NCBI GenBank assembly: GCA_964016885.1
Contig: OZ024740.1
Coordinates: 47,864,001 to 47,928,000, forward strand
From: Eledone cirrhosa
Taxonomy: Eukaryota
Direction of reading: 5' to 3'
DNA: 64,000 bases
Made by a program: the position numbers and the translations under genes. Under the pieces are notes generated by a model. The model was given only the letters and a program-made list of their open reading frames with translations, was not told the origin of the DNA and did not search any database. Below are positions 1 to 13,070 of this stretch, piece after piece; within the stretch, counting starts at the first letter, position 1; every line of letters starts with the position of its first letter.

Positions 1-68
<68 letters not shown>
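1..68. repeat. (TA)n microsatellite
   Basis: Pure TA run; similar tracts at ~11037-11130, 21416-21488, 22190-22320, 22670-22770, 23205-23273, 30200-30290, 31470-31546, 61606-61656. Confidence 0.97.
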
Positions 69-71
<3 letters not shown>

Positions 72-229
72 ATATCCCGTTAAGGGTGAACGCAGCGATT
101 CTTTGCTTAAACGTTAATCTGTTATTTTAATATATATATATATATATAGTGTGTAACATTTAGCAGCAAAAACAACAACAAAAAAGAGAGGGAACGCAAT
201 TACATGCTTTTGAAAAATCGTAATGGAAA

Positions 230-655
230 ATTATTTGCCTATTCACCCAAGGCGACTTCGCTTTTTATTAGGACTTCTGCATCAATTGGTGAACATACGA
301 CGAAACATTGAAAGGAGTAAGACCACACCACTCTCCACCACTGCAGTCCCACATACTTACTGCTCTGTAACTATTGATTTCATTGTACCATAGCACAACA
401 AATACATGTTCGGTTTGTCGAACGCCTTTTTACTTAACCCTATCGTCTTGGCTTTCGTGGATTGAACATTTTACTCTCAGGCACACAATTAAGTTAAACC
501 CCTGGTAATCTACGACGAATTTTTTTTATAAGCACAAAATGTAGACACCATCCCGAGGCCGAGGTATTCCGTACTTCTCTGTACTGTTTCAGAAAGGAGG
601 GATAAACATGCCAATCTATTTTAGAATCCCGAGCAACGCCGGGTCATTCTGCTAG
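230..655 (+). mobile_element. Non-autonomous Helitron-like element, 3' part
   Basis: Hairpin CCCGAGCAACGCCGGG (628-643), then CTAG (652-655) and T; the same terminus lies on the minus strand at 34192-34220; 5' boundary uncertain. Confidence 0.65.
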
Positions 656-894
656 TTTTAAATAAAGTGTTATATTGTTTCAATCCAAATGAAAATAAAA
701 ATTACATGTTGTTTACATTTTAATATTTGATTTGATTTGGTCGAGCCATTTGAGAATGCATAAGGAAGAGACAGACAGAGAGAGAGACAAATAATTATAT
801 ATATACAGAGATAACCATGTACACATAAATTAATTTACACGTATATAGACATATGCATTCATTCGTGTACACGCGTACACACACACACATACAC

Positions 895-930
<36 letters not shown>

Positions 931-1151
931 ACACACACACACATATATATATATAGAGAGAGAGAGAGTGAGAGAGACAGATAGAGTAAGTAGAATCGAA
1001 GTCAGTGTTGTAGTATATGTACAAACTAATTTACATATTACAATTGTTTCGATATCGGTCAGTACAGGACACAATCAAAATGATGAGGTCCGACTCTTCT
1101 TCGACATCTCCTCATATATGTGTCTTTATATGTGCAAAGACACATCTAAAC

Positions 1152-1342
1152 TTGTTTCCACATTTTGGCACAAGGCCAGCAATTATCCCAGTACATTACT
1201 GGTGCTTTATCTTATCGACCCGTAAGGATGAAAGGCAAAGTTAACCTCGGCGAGATTTGAACTCAGAACTTAAAGGGCCATAACTCTATGCTGGAAACCA
1301 TAGTGTCTGACGCTCGCTCTACCGATACTGCTATTCCACCAA
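1152..1342 (-). mobile_element. tRNA-derived SINE (family S1)
   Basis: Minus strand has B-box GAGTTCAAATC and core AACTTTGCCTTTCATCCTTACGGGTCGATAA, shared with more than 10 copies in the window. Confidence 0.9.
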
Positions 1343-1399
1343 CATCAACGTTAAGAAAACCACCAACATACAACAATGGAATTACAGCATTACTATAAT

Positions 1400-2120
1400 C
1401 AAGAACAAAAGATGATGCCAACTTACACAGTTTGAAATTGTTGAGTTTTACCAGCCAATTTCTTAAAATTCTTACTAATGTACTGGAGTTGGGAAATATA
1501 TACTACACCTTCAATAACAACGCCATCGAAATTATTATACACGCTAAAAGATCTCTGATGATTTTCATAACGACCTTCTCTAAATGAAAGACATCAATTA
1601 TCTTTTTTATATCAGCATATCAGTTAAGACAGAGTTGAAATATGTGAGCTCGATAGATCACACACCCTATATATCTCTAAAGCAAAGCTCAAAACATTAG
1701 ATGCTGGATTGAAGATGAACTTGTTTTGAATTCCACATATATCTATAAATCAGATAAGATGTAGCACATTCAAGGCGTGTGGTCTTAGTATTTCAGTAAC
1801 AACCAACATAAGCAGAGTTAACTTCTTAGACGTTACATCATACCGAGAGACAGATAGATGTCCACCGTATAGAGATCTGAACGAAAAGATTATGAACATT
1901 GATAAGGATTCTAAACACCTACTATATTTAAAAATTTAATTACAAATATAGATAAAGGTGTATATAATATATCGTCGCTCAAGGAAAACTTAGATAAAGC
2001 AATTATTACAATAAAACCTTGCAAACATGTGGATTTAAGGAAAAAAATGTAACTTTTTTACCAAGCTGGAGTAACTTTTGCACACACGCAGGAAACGTAA
2101 TGTAAAATTGGACATTTCTT
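1400..2120 (+). pseudogene. Degenerate Penelope-like reverse transcriptase
   Basis: Manual translation gives FEIVEFYQPIS (~1431) and RVNFLDVT...PPYRDLNEKIMNIDKDSKH (~1812-1918), resembling PLE RT motifs FDIxxFYPSI and NFLDVT...YRKP...SNHP; broken frames. Confidence 0.6.
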
Positions 2121-2476
2121 AGCATAAATCAAAAACACTTCCCAGTCAATCTGTTGATAATAAATAATAAATCACAAATCTACTTTTAGACAACAAGAAT
2201 AGAACAAATGCCAACTAAATACAGCTGAGAAATATTATATTTTAACCAAATATTAAACAAAAAATGAGAGTTAATCTAAATAGAAAGAAGAAAATAATGT
2301 CAAAGTGATGTTGCAAACATAAGTTCTAGATGGTGAACTGCAAAAGGAAATCGTATTCGATTTATTACTAGCATATAACCAAAGCAGCTTCCCAGCATGG
2401 TTGCAGTACAAGTAGAAGAATAAAAGAATAATGAAACTAGTGTTTCAAATAGTCCTCAGTTGAAGAAATAGTCCTC

Positions 2477-3052
2477 GATATACCATTATTAATAATTATT
2501 AATTAATTCTATCGTGCAATGCCTGTGCGTGAAGATGTTTTTTAAAGTGAGGAAAGACTGTGCACTGAGCCAATCCCACTCTCTGAGCGGCAGTAGCTAT
2601 AAGAAAAGATCAACATCATTGGTAACCTCTGAGCCGCAGGTTTTATATCGGAGTTATCCCAGTTTCTTGAGTTGCCTTCTCCTAGAAGAATGCCCTGACA
2701 AAGGCTAGGGGTTCTTCACTCCCAGTGGTTTAACCGCGCGATCGGATATCCAGCCCAATTATTTCTGTCCCGGCGCATATACATACACATGCACCCATGC
2801 ATATACACATATACATATACACATATATGTACATGTGTATATACATATTTACACACTTTTGGATGGCTGTTGACTCTTATGAGTTCTTCCGTCATTTGTC
2901 AGGTTTTGTTTTTTGTCCTGCAGGGTGTCCAAAATCACCCTCCTCACCAAGTAAACTTGGTGGGGTTGCCAGTTTAGTTGCCGACGACCCGACCATGCGA
3001 CAGGTTGTACTGGGTTACATGGTACCAGTAGCACTCAAGAGTGACCCGACAT
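2477..3052 (-). mobile_element. Non-autonomous RTE derivative (5' UTR joined to 3' end), 3'-truncated
   Basis: 2510-2775 matches the RTE 5' UTR at 23722-24001; whole unit repeated at 11871-12405. Confidence 0.8.
2969..3024 (-). ncRNA. Candidate HDV-like ribozyme
   Basis: P1 ACCAUG/CAUGGU, P2 CCAGU/ACUGG, loop CC able to pair with GG, short P4, CUAA; P3 imperfect; second copy at 12324-12379. Confidence 0.45.
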
Positions 3053-3074
3053 AGCAGACATATATACATACATA

Positions 3075-5005
3075 TGTTAAAGACAGAGAAGGAAGACTCT
3101 ATTTTCACTGATAAAATAAAATATCGCAGGGGTATTTCAGGGAGACAGTCTTTCTGTGATATTATTCATCCTGTCATTAAACCCCTTGTCCTAGCTGCTC
3201 AAGAAATGTGAAGGATACATCACTGGCTCACAGGAGGACAGAAATACGAACCTAACCCATAATTTCTTTGTGGATGATCTGAAACACTAGGCCAAGAACA
3301 TGGATGGGATGAAGAAAAATCTTGACCTGGTTACGACATTGTCAAAGGATATAGGAATGGAGTTTGGTCAAGATAAATGCTCATATATGACAGTAAAGCA
3401 GGGCAAAACAACAACCCAATCTAGCAACAGTTGAATCAATGGCCTAACTGTTTCACCAATATCTGATGAGGACTGCTACAGATACCTGGGGATATATGAG
3501 AACATATCCTATAATGGTATCTGTAATAAGGAACGCGTAACCAGGGAATACTACACCCGATTAAGAAAGATCTGGTCATCGGAACTCTCTGCGCAAAACA
3601 AAACAGTGGCTCACAACGTGTTTGCTGTTCCTGTCCTAACACCAGCTTTTGGAATACTCAATTGGACGATAGACGAAATCCGAGCAGTTGATGTTAGAAC
3701 TCGAAAAAAACTACACAACACCGGAAACTTCCACATCAACAGTGACATAGACCGCCTTTACTTGAAACGTAAGCAGGGAAGCAGAGGCCTAACATCAGTC
3801 CAGACAACATTTGAATGTCGCATCACATCCCTCCGACAACATCTACGAACCTCGAAGCGTAAGAGCCCGTCTCTCGAACAAGTCTATCTGCATGAAACAG
3901 ATAAAATCATGAGAGTTTGGAAGGAACTCCTCGAGAGGTATTCCCTGTATGATAATCAAAAACTCACACCCAGGGATGTCGCTCAGCAGTATCGCAGTGA
4001 ATCCATGGATGAAAAACTGCATGCTTATCAGCAGAAAATCATGCATGGATATGTTGCCAGGAAGCTCCAGAGAGAGAGTAATATAGATAAACAAAGTAGT
4101 TTTATCTTGGATCAACAACCGCTATATTGGCTCCCACTTTGAAGTATACGCTTTTGCAATCCAGGAACAGGAAATCAACACGAAATACCTGATTCACAAA
4201 AGAGATAACAAATGCAGACTCTGCAGAATTAACATCGAAGATGTCACTCATGTCATCAGCAGCTGTCCAAAGATGTCATCGCGGTACTATCTACCTATGA
4301 GGCATGATGTAGTGGCCAAAACACTGTACAATGCAATCCGTAGAAAAGATAGCCCCGATAATAAACACATTAAAAGCTACAGCAATGTGGAAGACATACA
4401 TATACATAATATGAAAAAATACTGCGGAATGTTCCAGTAAAAAACCCAATAAAATGCAGGCATAACAAACCAGATGTTAGGATATGGGACAGGGAAAAGA
4501 AGGCATGCACAGTAGTGGAAGTTAGCTGCCCAGCAGATGCCAATATAATATCAAAGATTAGCGAAAAGGAGAATATTTATGCAGAACTGCTGAGAAATCT
4601 GCAGATACTCCACCCTGATTACACCTTCAGATTTATGCCTGTGATTATTGGGGCACTGGGGTATGTTAGTAACTGCCTCAATACAAATCTTGAGAAGCTA
4701 GGCTTCACAGGAACAGAAAGAACACAATTAGTTAGGAAATTACAAGTTCAATCCATTAATGGAACAGTAAAAATATGTAAAACATTCCAAAAACGTTGCA
4801 TCTAATAACTGCATATACACATGTACACATACAACTCAAAACATACACACCCACACATACAATAACATCCATATCTACACATACATGCAGACAGGCATAC
4901 ATACCTACCTAGTTGATGTGTAATTTCAAATGAGAGAGTCTTGTGTCTATGTTAGAAACCGACTCTCTATTGGCCAAAATTTGTGAAATTATAAAACCAG
5001 AAGAA
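3075..5005 (+). mobile_element. R4/Dong-like LINE, 5'-truncated (RT, CCHC, restriction-like endonuclease)
   Basis: Motifs GVFQGDSLS, FFVDDLK, YRYLGI, CRLCRINIEDVTHVISSC, RHD, HNKPD, VEVSCP; ORFs 3606-4142 and 4515-4805; ends in (ATAC)n. Confidence 0.88.
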
Positions 5006-5072
5006 CATACATACATGCATACATACACATACACAGATACATACATACACATACACAGATACATACATACAT

Positions 5073-6950
5073 GAGGATTGTAGCGTCTTCACAAACGATT
5101 GGCGTCTCTTATTGATTCTTCATTTTCATCCCATCTGCCTCCATGACTTTGTAGGCCAGCTGTAGATCTGCACGGTTTACGACACAGGTGACAGAAGAGA
5201 GTTATGCTTTCTACAGGACCACTATGTGTTTTTACATTCCGGAACTAGTTCTACACACTTTGTTGCATATCACGCACTTTGTTTCGCCAGTTTTTTGTTG
5301 AGTGGTGATGCGGGTGGTTATCCTTTCATGTGACTCAATGCTTGGACATTCTGCTTTGATAAGGACATGGATGTCAGGATTTCTGTCTTGCCACTTGATG
5401 TTGAATATGTGGCTTAAACATTTCTGTTGAGTATAAAAGAGCAGACAGAACACATGATCTATACACACACAGTTTGGTATTGTTGGGAATGTTGATATTT
5501 GCGCAAACTCTCTTTTCCAATTTCCCGAAGGCAACAGAGGCCTTCTGGATGCGCAGATGTGTTTCAACATCCAAGGAGCCATCATTTGAGAGTGTGCTAC
5601 CCAAGAAGACAAATTTATCTACTACTCCCAATCTGATTCCATCAACCATGATATTGGGTTCAGTATATGATTCTCCAGAAGCAGGAGTAAACATTACTTT
5701 GGTCTTTTTAAGGTCCATAATGTGTTGAATGTCAGCTTCTGTGTGTGCGTCGTCGGCGTAAAGGTCTCTGATTAAAGCTTGAAAAGTTTTTGTCTTGACA
5801 TTAAACCTTCTTAAATTGAAACCCTTTCCAGTAGTTATGAACCGTAAAAGAATGTCTTTCTCACATGCATGGAAAGCATGTGTGAGCAAGGCAGCAAAGA
5901 AGATGGAGAAAAGCATAGGAGAAGGAATATCACCACACTTTACCCAGTTGTCAATTAGGATTTCCCCAGATAGCTGGCCATTGAATGTAACCCGAGCTTT
6001 CATATTTCTGTGCAGCTGCTTTAGCATGCTCACAAATTTGTGTGGATATCCTACTTTTCCAAGTATTATCCAGAGTACATCTCTGTTAACTGCGTCAAAA
6101 GTCTTCGTTAGGTCGACAAAGACTTGATATAGAGGGACACACAGCTCAATGCATTTTCTTTTGTATTTGTCAGAGAAAATCATATCAACTGTTCCCCTCC
6201 CTCCTTTAAAACCACTCTGTGATTCTGGAATGGCTATAGGACATATATCCACCGCTCGTCTGTTGAGCAAAAGTTTTACGAGAACCTTGCCAACAGCTTC
6301 CAACAAAGTGATACCACGGTAGTTGCCACATATTTATTTTTCACCTTTGCCTTTGTATAATAACAGAATACCGTTGATCCAGTCCTGCGGAACCGGGGTC
6401 CCATTCCAGCAATCAGTGATGAAGTTGTTTATTGCTTCCATTACATTATCACTACCGACTTTCAGCAGTTCGACTGGGATACTATCTGGACCTGGTACCT
6501 TGCCAGAGTTTAACCTGTTTGACTGCTAGCTTTATTTCATCAGCAGAGGGAAGTCGATCCATACAGTGCACTGTTTCACATTGAGGAAGGCCCTCTATCA
6601 CTCCAAAATTGACTGCTGATGGTTTGTCAAACAGGTCAGTAAAGTGTTCCTCCCAACGCTGAAGGATTTTTGATGGCTCTTTGAAGTTACTGAGAGTGTT
6701 GGTGGGCCGAAGACTTGGCGTATCAATGAGTAAAATGACTTCGAATCTTTGGTGTTAAAGGCCTGTTTAATTTCTGAAGCGATGTTACTTTACCACTCAT
6801 TTTGCATCCTGCGCAGTTCGCGCTGCAGTGTTGCTTTGTGGTCTTTGTAGTTTTTCATAACAGCTGATTCAGGAGCTTTTCATAGAGAGTGTGCTTTATT
6901 TTCAGTAGCTGATTCATATTAGGATTGTTGTCATCGAACCAGTCCTGCGG
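5073..6950 (-). mobile_element. RTE-clade LINE fragment (RT and C-terminal zinc-finger remnants)
   Basis: ORF 5374-6306 (PESQSGF, FVDLTKTFD, LYADD) homologous to the RT at 25.9-26.9 kb; CVICNKVC near the 3' end; (TATG)n tail. Confidence 0.9.
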
Positions 6951-6984
6951 CTGAACCAACTCCCAGTCTTCTTACTTCGGCAAG

Positions 6985-7400
6985 TCACAGGACTCTAGTT
7001 GCGGATACATACATGGGACCAGACATTGAAAATGTGCTCTGTTGTAGAGATCAGCTGCCTACTTAATGTCAATGCTGTAAGAAAAATACAGGAGAAGGAC
7101 ATCTACGGACCATTGAGGAGTTTCCAGATCCAGTATCCAAGATACATCTTCAGCTTCATATCCATTATTATTGGAGCTGCAGGTTATAGACCAACCCGGT
7201 TTGATCAAAGTATGACTGAAATTAGATTTGTGAACAAAGAGCGCAGCTCCCTAATTCATAGACTACAAGTGGCTGCGATAGCTGGCACCTTCAAAATTTC
7301 CCAAACAATCTCGCGATTCAAAGGATGATAATTTCTTTTCTTTTACAACCTTGCCACCAGGAAGGTGGCCGGTCAAAAATGTACTCAAAATTAAGAGAAA
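6985..7400 (+). mobile_element. R4/Dong-like LINE 3' fragment
   Basis: ORF 6999-7328 (VVEISC...IIIGAAGY...RLQV) aligns with ORF 4515-4805. Confidence 0.8.
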
Positions 7401-7423
7401 GAGAACAACACCTGTAACGTATA

Positions 7424-7569
7424 CCGTATTTCCCGGAGTCGAAGACACTTCTTTTTTCCTAAAATAAATCTCAAAAATCTACCATGCGTCATGGAGGCCG
7501 AAGGTTGTTTACTATTTTTTTTTTTTCAAGTTTTTGGTTGTCAAAATTAGGGTGCGCCGGGAAATACGG
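7424..7569. mobile_element. Tc1/mariner-pogo-type MITE
   Basis: Terminal inverted repeats (TIRs) CCGTATTTCCCGG / CCGGGAAATACGG flanked by TA; related reversed copy at 17125-17295. Confidence 0.85.
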
Positions 7570-8006
7570 TAATTGAATGAAGGTTTTTGACATGAGGGTT
7601 TAATGTTGGGTTTACTGCTATATTTGGCAAGTTAAATTCTACCCGATAACACCTCGACAAAACAGAACTCGGCCTCAGATAGTTTTATATATTTACGAAA
7701 ACAGACAAAACCATGTTTGGTATATGACAATAAAGAAGGATTGAATAAATCTTGTTCTGTCAACAATAACGTTTTCATCTTTCGTCAATAAACGATTTGG
7801 AAGTGTTGTGTAATTGTATTGTTACAATCAATTATCTTGACGTGTTAGTGAGAGAAGGAATAACCTGAGAGTCTCTAAAAAATTATGAATTACAGATTTG
7901 CCGTGGGTAGATGAAGTGAATTAGCTGATTGAACACTTAACGTTGTGAATTTGAAGTTGTTATGCATTGAGAGATGGGCTATAATATATAGAGAGAAGGT
8001 GGTTAA

Positions 8007-8053
<47 letters not shown>

Positions 8054-8095
8054 TAGAGAGGGGTTATAATATATATAGAGGGGGATTATCTCTCT

Positions 8096-8117
8096 CAACG
8101 CCGGGTAATTCAGCTAG
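8096..8117 (+). mobile_element. Helitron-like 3' terminus remnant
   Basis: CAACGCCGGGTAATTCAGCTAG followed by T; partial match to 628-655. Confidence 0.5.
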
Positions 8118-8229
8118 TAATATATATATAGAGAGAGTGAGAAAGTTTCTACAACACACATACATTGATTTGTACCTCTATGTATAACTCGGTATCTATC
8201 TATATATCTACCTACATATCTGTTCTGTG

Positions 8230-10375
8230 ATCAAGGGCGTAGTCTCGCTAGTGAGGAAGGACGAGAACAAGGGGGACGAAATAAGTAATTTCAGGCCCAT
8301 AACTCTGCTAAATGCAGAGTTAAAGATTTTGGCCAAGGTGTAGCAAAGAGATTGGCGCTTGTCGTGGGCAACCTGGTGGGAGATGCGCAAACATGTGCTA
8401 TACCGTCCAGGTCCATCCCCGACAACCTCCACCGTATGCGATACATTATAGAGAGGGTTGGGAACGAACCCGGCTTTGGTGGGGCCCTGATCAACTTGGA
8501 TCAATCTAAGGCGTTCGATAGGGTCGACCATGGTTGGCTGGATGCGGTGCTAGCGGCGGCAGGTTTCGGACTCGTTTTCAGGGGCTGGATCACTGCCATG
8601 CACAGCAGCCGCATCTGCTCTAGAGTCACAAGGCGAACGGCTACCTCTCGGTCCATCCGACAAGGGTGCCCTTTCTCCTCCCTTCTGTATGTATTGGCCC
8701 TCGAGCCACTGCTGCGGAAGTTGGAATTGTTGCAGGGCATCCCTTTGGAACCGGGATTGCGGAAAGCGGTGTCGGCCTACGTCGATGACGTAACAGTAAT
8801 GGTGTCGACCGCCTCGGAAATCGGGGCGATCGGCACCTTAATGGAGGAGTACGAAAGGTTTAACTAAGCTAAACCGGGACAAGTCGATCGGGTTACAAAT
8901 CGGCACGTGGAAGGGCAAATCGATGCCCTCCGATTGCGTCGTCGGACGCTGGACGGAGGACTCGGTGAAATTGCTCGGGGTCTGGTTCGGACCAGACCTC
9001 CAGGTGGAGAAGAACTGGGGTGAGGTAACGAACAGGGTGTTTGCACTAACCCAGAAGTGGGCCGAGTGCAAACTATCCCTGAAAGGTCGGGTGGAGGTGG
9101 CGAACACTTATATAACGTCCGTCATCTACTACCGCCTGACCGTCGTGCCTTGCCCAAGGGAAACGCTCACCAAAATTGAGCGCGCACTCTTTTGGAAGAA
9201 GCGGGTCCCTTTGGTGAGGAGACACATCTGCTGTCAACACCCTTCGAAAGGAGGGCTGGGGATGCCGTGGCTGCTGATGCGTAAACATGCATAAAGGCTA
9301 CGGCACCTCCAGGTATTCCTCACCGGTTAATCGGTGTGGGCCCCGTTTGTGAGACGAACCTTTCCGAGACTCGTCTCACCCCCCGAGCTGCAATCCTGGG
9401 CCAAGCATAGACCAAGAAAACTGGGTGCCTAGCACACCGAGTGTGCCCAGGCGCTCACGGCTCTCTGGCAGGCAGACCCGGCTATCAGTGGAGACTCCAC
9501 CTCAACATTCTGTAGAGGGCTGATACGCAGCAGGTGCGACGACGCCCTCGGAGAAGCCCTAGGCATGGAGGAAGACGAACTGGCCAGCCTGTTCGGTAGG
9601 ACGTTTAGCCCGGGACCCATGGACAACTTCCAGAGGTCCCTGGCCTGGCAGTGCTACCGAGGGGCTCTGCCCGTTCGAGAAAAGCTCTACAGACACGGGC
9701 GCCCGGGTAGGGACCCCTCTAAAAAGATCTGTCCCAGATGCGTGCGCGACGAGGAAACCGTCGCGCATGCATTGGTACACTGCCCGGGCGTCGCCGATCT
9801 GTGGGGCTATGCCGAACGACTGCTGTCACGGGTGGGACCTATCCGGTTGATCACCGAGTCCATTATAACGATCAAGCCGCCTCCCCCTTCAAAAATGAAG
9901 GAGAGGCGGTGTTTCTGTGCGTAATAGCCATGGTGAAAGAGGTTGTATGGTGGACGCGTTTGAAAGGACTGAGGTCAGACACCTTTCTCTCTGGCCAACA
10001 ACTGGTCCTTTTCTTCCGATATCATTTTGGAAGAAGGATCAGGATGGAGAGACAGATGCTCCACCCCAGCCAGTTTTATGAAAGTTGGGTGAAAGTGGCG
10101 AGAATGGCCCGTGTGAATGGGCCTTCTCTCTATATCAGCCTGTAGGTGAAAAAGATGGAAGAACAAGGGAGCACCCTCTCTCTGTGCTCCTGAGGAGAAG
10201 GGTTGCACACTTTTTCGGGGGTGTGTGCGACCTCCAAAAACGCCTCCTCCCTATTGAGGACTTTATTGTTAATTTTATATTTGTTATTTGTTTTTTTTTA
10301 CTCATTCTTTTGTGTAAACTTCCCCTTTGTATTTGTCCCCTTCTTTTGCGCCCTCGTGGCAATAAATAGAAACAT
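8230..10375 (+). mobile_element. Tx1/L1-like LINE, 5'-truncated
   Basis: NFRPITLLN, LDQSKAFDRVDH, IRQGCP, YVDD, C-terminal CPRC...ETVAHALVHC; homologous to 40262-42200 on the minus strand. Confidence 0.92.
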
Positions 10376-10439
10376 ATCTATATACCTACCGGACATCTGA
10401 CTGATAAAATTACAAGTCATTCAATCATATTGGTGGCCT

Positions 10440-10735
10440 CCCCACCGTCCCGGCGGACAGAATGGAGAAGGCATTTCCCTGGAGGACGGCAAGGGAGACG
10501 CGCTGGAAAAGCTATTCCAGCTCGTGAGGCTCACACCTGCGGCTGACCAGCTCAGCGCCTATGGTGGTGAGTAGGGGGGTAGCCCTAGGGCCGAGGACAC
10601 TAGAAGTCTCCACTGCCAAGGGTACAACCGGAAACCTGTCGGAGAGCGACCGGTATTTGAAAAGTTTGGCCTCCTCAGCCCGACGTGCAGCAGAACCTGG
10701 GTTAGTTGCAGACTGCACTAGGCTGCGGCCTACCT
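10440..10735 (-). mobile_element. CRE-clade LINE endonuclease fragment
   Basis: AEEAKLFKYRSL...PLAVETSSVLGP; same family as 53500-54420. Confidence 0.8.
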
Positions 10736-10902
10736 GAAAAAGTGAAAGAGCATGAGATTAACGATATGTGCGAAGAATTAGGGAGTCTGACAAGAGACCA
10801 GAGAAAGTAGCAGCCCTAACTACATAGCCTTTATTGGTGAGACATTTGAAAAATGAAATTAGAAGAACATAATACACACACACACACACACATATATATA
10901 TG

Positions 10903-11605
<703 letters not shown>

Positions 11606-11870
11606 AATTGACTTATTTTATTTTACATTACTCCGGAATAAACAAACCAACCTGTGTTCTTCGTCGAGTGCTCCAATCTGCATACTGAGGTGCCGGTAAA
11701 CAACCAACATATAATCAAAATTTTTATATATATATATATATATTATACATACATACACACATAAATACGCACATAGACGCACGCATATACACACATACAT
11801 ACATACAAACATACATACATACATACACATACACACAGACATCCACACATACATACACGCATACATACAT

Positions 11871-12405
11871 AATGGCTGCTCCCTCGTTATCGGGTATGGC
11901 CATTGCACGATATACCATTATTAATAATTATTAATTAATTCTATCGTGCAATGCCTGTGCGTGAAGATATTTTTTAAAGTGAGGAAAGACTGTGCACTGA
12001 GCCAATCCCACTCTCTGAGCGACAGTAGCTAAAACCCGAAAAGAGGAAAAGATCAACATCATCGATAACTACTGAGCCGCAGGTTTTATATCGGAGTTAT
12101 CCCAGTTTCCTGAGTTGCCTTCTCCTAGAAGAATGCCCTGACAAAGGCTAGGGGTCCTTCATTCCCAGTGGTTTAACCGCGCGTTACATGTGTATATACA
12201 TATTTACACACTTTTGGATGGCCGTTGACTCTTATGAATTCTTCCACCCTTTGTCAGGTTTTGTTTTTTGTCCTGTAGGGTGTCCAAAATCACCCTCCTC
12301 ACCAAGTAAACTTGGTGGTGTTGCCGGTTTAGTCGCCGACGACCCGACCATGCGACAGGTTGTACTGGGTTACATGTTACCAGTAGCACTCAAGAGTGAC
12401 CCGAC
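11871..12405 (-). mobile_element. Non-autonomous RTE derivative, complete copy
   Basis: 5' UTR-like segments plus 3' end TCGTGCAATGGCCATACCCGATAACGAGGGAGCAGCCAT matching 27888-27925; (TATG)n tail. Confidence 0.85.
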
Positions 12406-12849
12406 ATAAATACATACATACATGCATACACGCACACGTACATAAACGCATACACACACAAACATACGTACACACACGCATACATACATACACACATACT
12501 CACATACACACATACATACAGGCATACACATACACACATACATACACATACACACACACACACACATACATACACGCACACGTACATATATACACACATA
12601 CACGCATACACAATACATACATGCACGCACACGTACATACATACATGCACGCACATGTACATACATACACACACACACACACATACAGACACACATACAT
12701 ACATACTTACATACATAAATACATACACGCACACGCACATACACACATACATCCACACATACATACACGCACACACACATACATACATACATACATACAT
12801 GCATACGTGTGACTGTAAATACCGCGTGCGTGGGAGTGCACACATCGAC

Positions 12850-13070
12850 GAGACAGCTTAGCGAAAGAAACTGCTTAAAAGATTGTAAATTGACACTAAC
12901 AGTGTCTCCCACGCAAGTTTATTTGCTACCATTATCAAACACGTACACTTCTTTGCAATTAGAATTATGCAGCTATCCTTAAACCAGCTGTTGTCACTTG
13001 AATAAGTTATTGTGTTTGTTACTTCGTAAGTATTACCTGTGGTGGACAACTTTTCTTTAAGATGAATCAT
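12850..13070 (-). pseudogene. Possible Penelope-like GIY-YIG endonuclease remnant
   Basis: STTGNTYEVTNTITYSSDN...KKC, then VGDT in a shifted frame, resembling TG..Y.I...ITC.S.NVIY...C...YVGET. Confidence 0.45.

Noticed and set aside
2760-2850. Two separate elements repeatedly inserted side by side (2477-2775 and 2830-3052)
   Set aside because: Same order and orientation at two loci is more simply one element with an internal microsatellite; not proven
8194-8226. TSD of the Tx1-like copy (versus 10375-10403)
   Set aside because: Similar but low-complexity with several mismatches
12370-12912. Long ORFs rich in CV, YI or HT dipeptides (also at 21.3, 22.2-23.4, 27.6-28.2 and 30.0-30.5 kb)
   Set aside because: Translations of microsatellites
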